Both the position numbers and the translations under genes were made by a program. From Selaginella moellendorffii (lineage: Eukaryota > Plantae > Lycopodiophyta), in the NCBI RefSeq assembly GCF_000143415.4, contig NW_003314262.1, positions 1,663,960 through 1,727,959 on the forward strand: 64,000 nt of DNA. Direction: 5' to 3'. The notes under the pieces are model-generated. The model saw only the letters and a program-made list of their open reading frames with translations, did no database searches and was not told the origin of the DNA. This document shows positions 37,301 through 49,393 of this stretch, one piece after another. Each line of letters starts with the position of its first letter. Position 1 is the stretch's first letter.

Positions 37301-40300
37301 TCATGATGGTTAGTTGTTCTCTTTAATAGCTTTTGGCTTTTCGCAATACCACATGTTCTTTGTGGTTTGCTCTGGATTGGTCTTTTGGGTTTGAGACATC
37401 AATAGGATGTTGCTAACACTTGCTTAGGCAACTTGAGTTCCTTAGTGTTGTTGGCTGGGATCTATTCAGATTGACTAGTGTAATGGTTAATATGAACAAG
37501 CGTTTGTTTGCTTTGCAACATTCATTTTGTTCTGTTGATTATTGCTCGAGTTAGTTCTCATAGATTAGGATGTTATTTCCTTTGGGTGATACATTCGCGA
37601 GCATTGTGCTTGTTAGTCAATAATACTTTGTGTTCTTTGAGTTGTGTTTTGTGAGTTGTTTGGCATGCTATCTGCCATTTTCGGTAGTTCAGTTTCATCA
37701 TTGAGTTTACTTGATGATATACTTGCTATTGAATTTTGTTGGATGGTGATTCCTATGTTTACCACTTATGATGATCTTGGTGGTTCCTCTCTACTATAAT
37801 ACTAGTTTATCGGATGATAACTTACTTGGAATACTTTTGTGTTCTAAAATAAGATTTATTCACTGATAATTCCGACTCTAAGATATCATTGTCTATGACT
37901 TTGATATTTTCCATCTATTGATCTTTGAATTTGGGCCAGTATAGGCAGACTGGCTTCGGCACTTCGTGTGCATGTTGAAATCTCTAGTCATGGGGTAGCT
38001 ACTGTCGACTGGTCACATAACCCGCCTCTCTGTCGATGTTCTTTATTCCGTTGAAAGGGCGTGACTGTGTAAACAACTCTAACTGCCTGTTTACAGTAGT
38101 CTATCTAAACCTTACCGACGGGTTTGGTTTCTTTGCTTAGGAGGGTTGGGGCCTCTGGCTTCTCTCTCTATGTCCTTGCGGGTAGGGCATATCACACTTT
38201 TGTAAGCTAGGTGACTCCCAGAGCAGCAGGGGTGGCTGACACCGTTGGTCATTTCCTTGTCGGCGACAGCCGGAAGGTGTCTGAGCTGGTAGCGCATCCG
38301 CGTTAAACAAAGAGGTTCCCCCTAACTCATTTAAGTTGGTGCATTTCTCACATAGTGTGAGTACCATGAACTTTTTATAGAGTTGTTTCCTTGGCGGTAT
38401 TCTAGACTGGAGTATGCATCGACGAGGACGTCGATCTTCCCAAGGGGGGGAGAGTGTCGCGAATGTGACTTTGGGTATCGAAAGTTACCTGTCGACCAGT
38501 CCTTATGGACACTCTTACTTTACTGCCACGATGGCAGGAGGTCGGTATTGCTGGACCCTTTATTGGCCTCTTTTGTTCAAGTGTTAGTAAACTGGACTTA
38601 GCATCTGTACTTGGCCGGATGAGCATAAGGACGGAATTCCTAAGTGTCTATTTGGCCAAGCATACTTGGCCCGGCTTTTTAGTTCTCTTTTGCTCTGTCT
38701 TGCACTGGCTTGACAAGAACCCTCGCGTATTGAGATTGGTCCCTCAATATCGCTGGATGATAGCTTACCGTGTCTGCCAAACACCCTCGCTATCATGCCC
38801 TTTGTGTTAGTCTCAATTTGTCCTAAATGCTATTTATGGAAAGTGTCCAGATTTGCTCATTTGGCATATCTACGGATTGTAGAGATCGGTCTGAACACAA
38901 TGGTGTTCGTCTTGTGTCCAAATTCGCAATCTAAGGACATTCCATATTTAGTAAGTTTCGAGCTTGTCCCAGAGACTAACTTCTAATACTAAGGGAGGCT
39001 TGGGATGAAAGCCCAAAGCGTGTGTTCCTCAAGGGGGGGGGGGCTGTGGGGGGTTCCAAATGTATAGTAGGGATAGTGGGTAGGTCGGGCATGGCCGACC
39101 AACCTGAGGTATAGTTTAGCTCCCGCTTGCGTGCTTGTCCTTGTTCTGCGTCCGGCTTGGGTCTAAGCCCAAGTTCCATTCCATGCTAGCTGGTGGAGTA
39201 CCCATGTCCTCGCGTTAGGCCACCGGTATGCCGAAATAGCGCCAGACTCCGTTTGGCTCCGTTTTGCGTGCTGGTCCTAGCATTGGGATGCTGGTTGCTC
39301 TAAGACTGTTCCAAGTCGCTCCGGGCCCCTGTCCCTTCGCTTCTTGGGCTGTATGCTCGGGAGTTGCTCCGTGGTCCGGTTCCATCACTCCTTGGCGTCA
39401 CGCTTGCAAGTTTGGCACCGTTCCTTCGTTCAGTGGCCCAAGGCCCTGAACCTCGGGTTCCTATGGACACGTGGCATGGACACGTGGTATGTGACACGTG
39501 GCATCTGTCACGTGGCACAAAGAGGGTTTAGGTTCCGCTTCGTGGTGTTATCCTATGGTAAATCACCATAGGATAAAGGGTCAAAACCACATGTGCTACA
39601 TAGGCTAAAGGATCCCCGAAAACATGACCGAAATGACAAAGAGTTTATCAGATGGGACCGAGTCTAAGATTGAGTCCAAGACCGACTCTGAGACCAAGTT
39701 CGAGATAGAGTCCGGAATCAAGTCCGAGGCTGAATCGGAGACCGAGTTTGAGACCGAGTTTGAGACCGAGTTCGAGACAGAGTCCGAGATCCGAATCGGG
39801 TCTGAGACCAAGTCCGAGGTCAAGTCCAAAGTCGAGTCCGAGATCGGGTCTGAGATCGAGTCCAAGACCGAGTCCGAGACTGAGTCCAAAGTCGGGTCCG
39901 ACATCAAGTCCGAAATCGGGTCCGAGACCGAGTCCGAATACTAATACAGGTGAAGGGGTGAAAGCCCAAAGTGTGTGTCTCCCGGGGGGGCGGGGGGTTC
40001 CAAAAGTATAGTAGGGATAGTGATGTCTACGAATTAGTCTTGAAGGAACTCTCCAGTGGTGCTTCCAAACTGACTTGAGGTTGAAACTGGGGTCGAGGGG
40101 CCTTGGGTGGGAATGAGCATGGACTTGGGTGGTGCCGGAGGGGCCACCCCAGGAAGTGCTCAAGAGTAGCTCCCACTCCTGAAACGGAAACCGATTGCGG
40201 TGTTCCTGGCTCATGTGAAGTGGTGCCCCACTTGAGTACCTTGTGGCTCATTAGTCCTCGCCCTTCCTAGGGGCTTAAGCCTTTCCTTCAGGATGGAAGT

Positions 40301-40681
40301 GGGCCACGGTGTTTTGCCCCAGCATCCCAAAGCAAGTGTTGCACCCAAGACTTGGGATTTATGATCAAGTCTTGTGGTACCAAGGGATGTTAGGAACCTG
40401 ATGGGTTGGTGTGTTTGGCTGCTTGTGCCTGCGGGGAGTGTAGCTGAACCTTAAGTCCAGTTTAACCCAGGGAGGGGGATTGGAAGAGATTTAGGAATCC
40501 GTGGATGGATGGCTAACACTCCGTTGCTCGTGTAGTGAGTAGCTAAAACTAAATAGGACCAAGTAGGAGCTGGTACCATAGGCAGGAACTTTGGCAAGGG
40601 AACTTAGCAAAAGCCAAGGCAGTGTTGGATGGATAGATGAGGTAAGTTGGCAAATTGGAAAGGAAAAATTTGTGGCTTACA
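31334..40681 (+). mobile_element. Family C solo LTR (31334-31366 plus 39606-40681), split by element B
   Basis: Begins tgtaagga and ends tttgtggcttaca like the LTR at 57330-58485. No PBS follows. Flanks AAGGG/AAAGG are a one-mismatch TSD. Confidence 0.85.
31367..39600 (+). mobile_element. Family B non-autonomous (LARD-like) LTR element: partial LTR 31367-32055, LTRs 32335-33480 and 38455-39600, ~5-kb non-coding interior
   Basis: TGTCGC...CTACA termini. Perfect TSD TAGGC (31362-31366 / 39601-39605). PBS tggtatcagag at ~33483. PPT aagggggggagag precedes 32335 and 38455. No interior ORF over ~80 aa. Confidence 0.92.
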
Positions 40682-43600
40682 AAAGGTTTCCTCAAAGAGT
40701 TGAGGATGTGATCCAGATGAGCGTTTGACACAGCAAACGGGCTAATGTAATTGTGGTAAAAAACTATAGTTGGGATCACGGGAAAGATGCAGACTCCAAA
40801 ACAATAAAGGAGTCACAAGATTACCCTCATATAGTGGAGGTTGGTGCTCATAAATTTGAGATCAGAATTGATGACTGTGGGAGGTCAAATACGGAAGAGG
40901 ACACAAGTCCTTGAAATGGTAGCCGGGGCTACTTTTAATAAATGCTAGAACAAACCCAAGGAGTTGGGGGTGTGCTCGGAGGATGAGTTGGTATTCTCAT
41001 CACAAGGACAGATAGTTATAAGGGGCAAAGGTTGCTGCTAGAGAACAAAATCAAGTGTTAGAGTAACACTTGCAAAGATGGTCCTTGTGAGTAGGACATA
41101 AATACAAGGAGTTGTATTCCAGTGTGCTAGCACCTCAAGATAGGTCGTCGAATTAGCAAAGTCCAAAAAGCTGGATAACTCCAATCGAGTCAAGAAATAA
41201 TCCCAAGGGATTGATAGAAGCATTTGGACTGAGATGTATAGTGCCCCACAAAGGATAGGGAGGATCTTAAGATCCAAGTATGGAAATAGTGGGTATTTCG
41301 TTGGTGGCAGAATGTGCTATGCTAAAGTTGTGGGAAAGAGTTTCCCAGAAGAACATAACTTTGGCACAAAGTTGTGCATGAACTCTATGGTGCAGTGCTA
41401 ATGGATAGTTGGCATAAGAGACAGCTGTATTGATCTTGGCAAAAGACCTAGACACAAGTAAAAGGTGTCATAAAAGTAGGCTTGTGGAGCCGATGGTGTA
41501 GAGACACTAAATGTGCCAAGGTGTATTGCCTTGAGGTCAAGTTAACGGGTTTATAAGAACCCCTTCCAAAGGAATCCCAATGGAAATGGGAATTGCATAG
41601 CTTAAGCTGGAAGGCATGTGGTTAGAGTGTGGTGATCCAGATAATGATGGAAGTGTGGAAGCACTAGCAATGAATTGTAGGACTTGACAACTATGAAACA
41701 ACTAAGCAAAAGGTGCAAAATAATTGGTTAAACTAGTAGAAGGTGACTACCTAAGACTTCTTATTGGCATAAAGAAGTTAGATATACCCTTATGAGGGAT
41801 AAATTGCTTATGTTGCGAGATAATAAGTCAATGTCGTAAAGGGAATGCTCATTGCCAAAGAGGCTATCATTGGGACACCCAAGCACTCTAGAACACCAGG
41901 AGGTGGTGTTTGGGGCAATGGATAATGCCCAAGGGATAAAGTCCTTAGCAAATGATGGATAGGAGGTGCTATCCAAATGTCCAAGGTTGCGGAGACAGGA
42001 GAAGTCTATCTACCCAAATTGAACAAAGCCAAAAAGAGATTTTGGCAAGGCTAGTGATGGGCATATAAAGGCCCATAAGTAGCAACAATGACCCCAATGT
42101 GTGGGATTACAAGGTGAGCAAACCCGGATTGAGGAACCACTCCCTAGGCTGTCGGGTAGGTTCATCCCTATGAATACTTGCCAAAGCATGGTAGAAAGTG
42201 CAAAGCTATTTTCCTAGTATGGATGAGAATGACCGAAGGAAATGTATGAGGCCAAAAGGCAAGTAGAAAAGGATAGACCCGAACTATAGGAATCGAAGGG
42301 CATAACCAAAGGTGGTTATGTAAGTTGGGAGTGGAGAATCAAGTGGGTGCTCAAGCATGTTGTCACTAGCGACTATGATGCCATAGAGAGTCTAAAGCAT
42401 GGAATTGTCTATGTTAGACCATGTTAGGTGAAAGGAGAGGCCTTAGCAAGCTAAAGGACAAAGTTCCTTCAAAAGGTTCCCAAAGACAATTCTAAGTAGC
42501 TTGATACCTAGAAAGCCAAGTGTAAATGGTTCATAGAATGCAAAATCAAAGTGGTGCAGTATAAGCATGGTCTTAAAACTTGGCATGAGGTGAGGCTATT
42601 AAGGTTGGGGAAGTAGTTCCCGAGTGTTCAAAGAGAAAGCTTTGAACGAAAGTCAATGGTTAAGGACTTTCACGCTTATGCATGAACTATGTTACGGTGG
42701 CCGGATGACTTGCTAAGTGAGATTGGCATAGTTGAAGGTGCTAACTTAAAAAAGGGTGGCCTATGGGGCCAAGCATGGAGAAGTCCATGCATGATCATAG
42801 ACATGTCAAGTGAGAGGACTTGGCAATGCAGAGGAACTAGGTTCCTAAGCTGTGATTTGTAGCGCGTTTTAAGTCTAAGTTGGTGCATCGGCGTGAGGAA
42901 TTGCACCAGGCATCTTGGGTGATGCCGTCCGTAAATGCATATACGGAGGTTGGGTTCGAGTCCCGACCCTCTAGTGCTTGGGTTCGAGTCCCAAATCACT
43001 AAGGCGTGGTGATGGTTTGGAATATGAGGACACTTATTTTTCGGTGGTCATGGACTCTTAGTAAGGAGACTAGCTTGGGCACACTACCAAGTGGGGAATG
43101 CTCCGAAGTCGTGATACACGGTTAGATTGATTAATGTGAAAACTCGGCATATCTAACTTGAACACTTTGGTGCAAGTGGCACCAAGGATGTGGTGAATGA
43201 GATGGGGACACCCAGTCTCAGTTGCTATGGACCATTGGCTGGAAGGGCTGGCTTGGGTGCACCACCAAGTGTGGGGGATGCTTCCGGGGTCATGGTGAAC
43301 AACTTAAAAGTCTAGAAGACTTAATGCCTATTGGCAAACCTGTTAAGATGCCAAGGTTGGATCACTAAGTGATCTTATGGCTAAAACAAGGATAACGTCC
43401 TTGTGGGGTTAGGAAATAAAGTTCCTAATTCAAAGCATTGATTTGAACTATTGATGATGGTGTGGTTTGGGCAAAGGGACTAAGTGAGAAGAACACCTAA
43501 GGGAAATGAGTTGTGTCAAAGCGATAGCATAATAAGTCTGAAAAAAGTAGTCTCTATAGGAGACCCATAGGAGGGTCACAAAGTTGGGCCGTGGATAAAG

Positions 43601-46600
43601 CCCACAGTAGAAAATACTAAAAAGACATATTAGGGGTGAACACCCTCTGGACTTGGCAAAACAAAGTGTTTGTATAGAACCGAAAAGATACCTCGAAAAT
43701 GGAAGTAGTGATCCTATGTTGTTAGGTGCAACAATCAAGGATAGGAGCAAAAGACTAGTGGTTAAGAAAAAGGCCATGGGAATCATGGGAAAGAATCCAA
43801 ATGGCAAAATTAGGCCAAGAATACTAATGTGTTGGGTGCTAATGGATTGTGGGAAAGGCAATATGTTTCCAAGAATGGATTCCTAACTACTCCAATTTGG
43901 CAAAGGTGGAAGATCCAAGGGTGAGAGTGGTAAGGTAGCCAAATGATAGGGCCGTGAACAGCCTTAGTACAAATTATGATAACTGGAACTTAGTGCTAAA
44001 GGTAGTACGAAATCAAAGAGAGGATGATGGTGCCCTCAAGTAGAGAACTTTCTAGGATGGGGAAGTGGAGTTGCACCATATGTGCAATGCAAGGTGTTAT
44101 AGACACCCAGAAAATTGACTTCGAGAAGTCAGAATTAAAAGTTCCAAAGTGCAAAGGTTATATTGATGGAAATTAAGACTACTCGAGAATGAGTAATAGG
44201 ATTGAGATAGAGAAGATGTCTTTAATAGGTTTAGTGAGAACTAAATCAATAAAATGAGAGAATCACCACAAGTGGTCGAATGAGTCTCTAAGTTGGGAAG
44301 ACTATGCTCCTTAGAGGATGGGAAAGGCATGGTGAGCCTTTGGTATCAAACCATTGACAAATATTGGCGAGAAGCTAAGGATGGAAAGGGTAATACAAGT
44401 TGGTATTACTTTATAAAATAGTTTACTATTCAATGAGGACATTGAACTTTGTCTATGGGTGGTGGAGTTGTGAGACACAAAATCCCTAGGCCCCAAAGTG
44501 GAGCTAAAAGGGTGCCATGTGGTAGTGGCCAAAGCGAAAACTAAACAAGCGTAACACGTTTGGACTAAAAGCTCCAACTTAAAAGGTCGAGAGCGGGAGT
44601 GGAACTCCCAACGAAGGGCTCAAGGAACAAGCACGGAGCAAGCAATAAGTGAGTCTCTAGAAAAAGGACACGAGATGGATATGAGATGGACCCGAGATGG
44701 AGTCCGAGATGAACCCAAGATGGACTCCGAGATGGATCCAACATGGACTCCGAGATGGAGTCCGAGATGGATTTGAGATGGAGTCCGAGATGGAGTCCGA
44801 GATGGATTTGAGATGGAGTCCGAGATGGAGTCCAAGATGGACTCGAGATGGAGTCCGAGAAGGACCTGAGATGGAGTCCGAAGTTGAGACCGGGACCGAC
44901 ACCGGAACTGAGACCAAGACTGAGACCAAGGCCAAGGCCGAGACTAAGCCCAAGCTTGAGTCTGAGTCCGAGTCCGAGTCTGAGAGGGTGAAAGCCCAAA
45001 GCGTTCGTCTCCCAGACCCTAGGGGGTTTGGTGAGCTCCAAAAGTATAGTGAGGGGGAGGACTGTAGGACATTGAACTTCATCTATGGGTGGTGGAGTTG
45101 TGAGACACAAAATCCCTAGGCCCCAAAGTGGAGCTGGAAGGGTGCCATATGGTAGTGGTTAAAGTGAAAACCAAATGAGCATAACACGTTTGGATTAAAA
45201 GCTCCAACTTGAAAGGTCGAGAGCAGGAGTGAAACTCCCAACGAAGGGCTCAAGGAACAAGCACAGAGCAAGCAATAAGTGAGTCTCTAGAAAAGGGACA
45301 CGAGATGGACCTGAGATGGAGTCCGAGATGGAGTCCGAGATGGACCTGAGATGGACCCGAGATGGAGTTCGAGATGGAGTCCGAGATGGAATCCGAGATG
45401 GACCCGAGATGGAGTCCGAGATGGACCCGAGATGGAGTTTGAGATGGACCCAAGATGGAGTTCGAAATGGAGTCCGAGAAGGACCCAAGATGGAGTCCGA
45501 AGTCAAGACCGAGACCGAGACTGGGACCAAGACCGAGATTGAGACCGGGACCTAGACCGAGACCAAGGCCAAGGCTGAGACCGAGCCCAAGGCTGAGTCC
45601 AAGTCCGAGTCCAAGTCTGAGTCCGAATTCAAGTCTGAGAGGGTGAAAGTCCAAAGCGTTCATCTCCCAGACCCTGGGGGGTTTAGTGAGCTCCAAAAGT
45701 ATAATGAGGGGGAGGATTGCAATGGAGCCAGTTTGGCTAGGAAAGGCCAGTTTGGCCCAAGAAGGCTGTTCCCAAGTGTTGGGTGATGGGATAACCACTA
45801 GAAGTCCAAGGCTAAAGTGAATATAGATTGACAAGCGGGGTAGCTTGGTGAAGTGTTCAAGAGCCGGCTCTAGTTCCCTCGGAAGATCGACTGGCCAATG
45901 CTCTTAGTCCAAGTGTGGGTGGCACTACCTACTTGGATACCTAGTGTGGCTCAATGGAACCTCGCTCTAAACCCATGGCTAGAGCACCCAAAGGCAGAAG
46001 GCAGGGAAAGTACCCATGAGGCCACGGTGTTCCAAAATGTTGTTCCAAAGTCCCAGACTATGGAAAGGAAGAGGAGTAGCCCTCTGGTGTGGTGACCAAG
46101 GACATGGTCACACGGTGAGGAAGTCCTAAAGGACTGTGGGACTTAGTGGTCGGGCTTGTGGGCCTTGATCTAGTGGCAGTGTTGGTGAACACAGCCATGG
46201 ATAGAAAGGGATTTAGTGAGGACCGAAAAGGAGATATTGGGGAAGGCTATTCTCCATGTCTGCGGGCATCCTAAGTATGCTAAGGAGTGGATTTGGGATG
46301 ACCATTCATGGACGGATGGCCCAGTCTTGGAGAAATAGGATTGCAAAGCAGGTGGTGTTGGACCACCAATATGACCAAGGTGAATGAGCATGGCCTAATG
46401 TAATAGGCTGATATGTCGGTGGTACCTTGGGGTGCCGATCATAGGATCGGACACATGGAGCACTTGGACCAAGTGCAAAGGTTGAGTGGCATGGATGCCA
46501 TTCTCAGGGATAGCAAGCCCTAAGTTTGGAATAGGACTTATGGAGGTGGTGAGTGAGACTCCTTCAAGTGGTCAAAGGTGTGGCTAAATGACTAAAGTAA

Positions 46601-46623
46601 AATGGAAAATTTAGTCACTTACA

Positions 46624-47730
46624 TACTCCTCTTACTTTCTATGGTCTGGGACTTTGGGACAACATTTCGGAACACCGTGGCTCTACGCAGGCCTCGTGGG
46701 TACTCTCCACACTTTCTGCCTTTGGGTGCTCTAGCCATGGGCTTAGAGCGAGGTTCCGCTGAGCCATACCAGGTATCCAAATACGTAATGCCACCCACAC
46801 TTGGACTGGGAGCATCGACCATTTGATCTCCCGGGGGAACTAAAGCCGGCTCTTGAACATTTCACCAAGATACCCCACTTGTCGGTTTGTATTCACTCTA
46901 GTCTTGGATTTCCCAGTGGTCAGCTCATCACCCAACACTTGGGTACAGCCTTCCTGGGCCAAATTGGCTTCTCCTGGCAAAACTGGCTCCACTAGGCTCC
47001 AACCCCCACACTCTCCCTATTATTTTTTGGGAACCCCGGGGAGCACCCCCCCCCCCCCCCCCCATAGGGGATGATCGCTTTGGGCTTTCACCCAACTGCC
47101 TGTATTAGTATTCGGATTAGTCTCGGACTCGGTCTCGGTCTTGGTCTTGGTCTCGATTCCATCTCAGACTCCATCTGTTCTCGGGTTCATCTTAGACTCC
47201 ATCTCGGGTCCATCTCAAACTCCATTCCGGGTCCATTTTGGACTCCATCTTAGACCCCATCTTGGGTCTATCTCGGACTCCATCTTGGACTTCATCTCGG
47301 GTCCTTCTTAGACTCCATCTTAGACTCCATCTCGAACTCCATCTTAGACTCTATCTCGGGTCCATCTCGGGTCCATCTTGGACTCCATCTTGGGTCCATC
47401 TTGGGTCCATCTCGGACTCCATCTCAAGTTCATCTCGGACTCCATCTCGGACTCTATCTCGGACTCCATCTTGGGTCCATCTCATATTCATCTTGGACTT
47501 CACCACATGTCATGTGTTGGTCCTCTTGTGTCCTTTTTCTAGAGACTCACTTATTACTTGCTGCTTACTTGTTCCTTGAGCACTTCGTTAGGAGTTCCAC
47601 TCTTGCTCTCGACCTTTCAAATCAGAGCTTTTAGTCCAAACGTGTTACACTCGTTTGGCTTTTCCTTTGGCCACTACCACGTGGCACCCTTCTGGCTCCA
47701 CTTTGGGGCCTAGGGATGTTGTGTCTCACA
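46624..47730 (-). mobile_element. Family A LTR fragment
   Basis: Collinear with ~49940-51209, contains the ctccatctcgga array and ends gtgtctcaca. Confidence 0.85.
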
Positions 47731-48269
47731 GCATAGTTCTCAAATGTTGTTACAAAATAATGACAATCTAGTGATTGGAATTGAGCTTGGCCTCCTTACC
47801 ACTAGTACCATGATCAATGAGCTTATAAGTTCTTCTCTTTGGCTCTTTATATTCTTGTTTATATAGTTTCATGAACTTGATAAGAAGTTAACCATAATAG
47901 CAATAGATAAGACTTTTTTCTTGGTTTATTTTGTTCGTTGCTAAGGAAACTTGGTTTAAACTTGGTTTTTTCTTTATATTTCTTACTCTTATCTTGTTGA
48001 CCTATTTTTAACTCTAATGAATATGCTCTTTCCCTAAGTTAAATATGCTAGCATATCTAGGAATATCCACTATAGGTAAACTCAAAAATAATTCAATCTT
48101 GAAACTAGAGGAAAATGAAAGCAAATGATATAAATTTTTATCTCTATGCAAAAGGAAAGTGATGAAGATCTTCCAAAAGAGGATATTAATGGCTATAGAA
48201 TGTATTCCCTGTTGCAAAAGATTTTCCTTTTTTCTTCTCTTTTTTTTTTTTTCCCCCTTAAGCCAATTG

Positions 48270-49393
48270 GAAAATGGGCAATTGCTTGATGAAAGAGCCC
48301 TTAGTGGCTATTTTATCCCTATTTATCCCCTAAGTTTCCAAGGATCCATGGTGACAATATATCCAAATGTCATCCCATGATCATATGCGCTACACTCACC
48401 CCCTTTTCAGAGATGTCAATGTCTTTATTGACTATTGACTAACAACCCCTATTGAGCCAAGTATTGTAGTCCCATAGTGGATATTTTCATCCGTGGATAC
48501 TCCATATAAGAGGAAGGACAGACGCATAGATGCCCAATATGTACGATTTCAAATTTAATCACATGCGCTACACTCACCCTATTTTCAGATATGTCAATGT
48601 CCTTATTGACTATTGACTAAAGGAAAGACATATGCATGAATGTCCAATACGTACGATTTCAAATTTAATCACATGCGCCACTGACCCCCTTTTCAGAGAT
48701 GTCAATGTCCTTATTAATTATTGACTAACAACCCTATTGAGCCAAGTACCGTAGTCCCATAGTGGATACTTTCGTCCGTGGATACTTCACATAATAAGAA
48801 AGACATATGCATGGATGCCCAATACGTATAACCTCTACTGAGCCAAGTACCACAATACCATAGTGGATACTTTCGTCCGTGAATACTTCATATAAAAGGA
48901 AGAACATATGTATGGATGCCCAATATGTATGATTTCAAATTTTAATCATATGCGCTACACTCACCCCCCTTTTAGAGATGTCAATGTCCTTATTGACTAT
49001 TGACTAGAGGAAGGATGTATGCATGGATGTATAATACGTATGATTTCAAATTTAATCATATGTGCTACACTCACCCCCCTTTCAAAGATGTCAATGTTGT
49101 TATTGACTATTGACTAAAGGAAGGACGTATGCATGGATGTCTAACAATTTCAAATTTAATCACATGCGCTACACTCACCCCCCTTTTAGAGATGTTAATG
49201 TTCTTATTAACTATTGACTAACAACCCCTACTGAGCCAAGTACCGCAGTTCTATATAACAACCCCCCCTTTCAAAGATGTCAATGTCCTTATTGACTATT
49301 GACTAACAACCCCTACTGAACCAAGTACCACAATCCCATAGTAGATACCTTTGTCTGTGAATACTCCATATAAGAGGAAAGATATACGCATGG
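48270..49393. repeat. Modular tandem repeat array (units of ~110-180 bp) that continues at 56976-~57185 beyond the inserted element
   Basis: About 7 copies of catgcgctacactcacccc...gatgtcaatgtccttattgactattgactaa, interleaved with gagccaagtac...gtggatac and gcatggatgcccaata modules. 48270-48390 recurs at ~57063-57182. Confidence 0.85.

Larger units (their letters stand above)
30155..46623 (+). mobile_element. Family A LTR element (plus strand) interrupted by nested insertions: truncated 5' LTR ~30155-31108, internal 31109-31333 and 40682-44468, partial LTR 44469-~45067, 3' LTR 45099-46623
   Basis: LTR end ...tttaca then PBS ttggtatctgag at 31111. The internal sequence resumes seamlessly at 40682. 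PPT ctatgggtggtggagt precedes tgtgagac at 44469 and 45099. LTR ends ...ttagtcacttaca at 46623. Confidence 0.85.

Noticed and set aside
42940-43000. tRNA gene or SINE
   Set aside because: Only T-arm-like hairpins are present; no acceptor stem, D arm or anticodon arm could be built.
26452-47735. TSD for the outermost family A element
   Set aside because: Flanks TATTT and GCATA do not match, so a single intact outer element is unproven.
48380-49393. CRISPR-like repeat/spacer appearance
   Set aside because: The 'spacers' are themselves repeated modules, the context is eukaryotic, and there are no cas genes.
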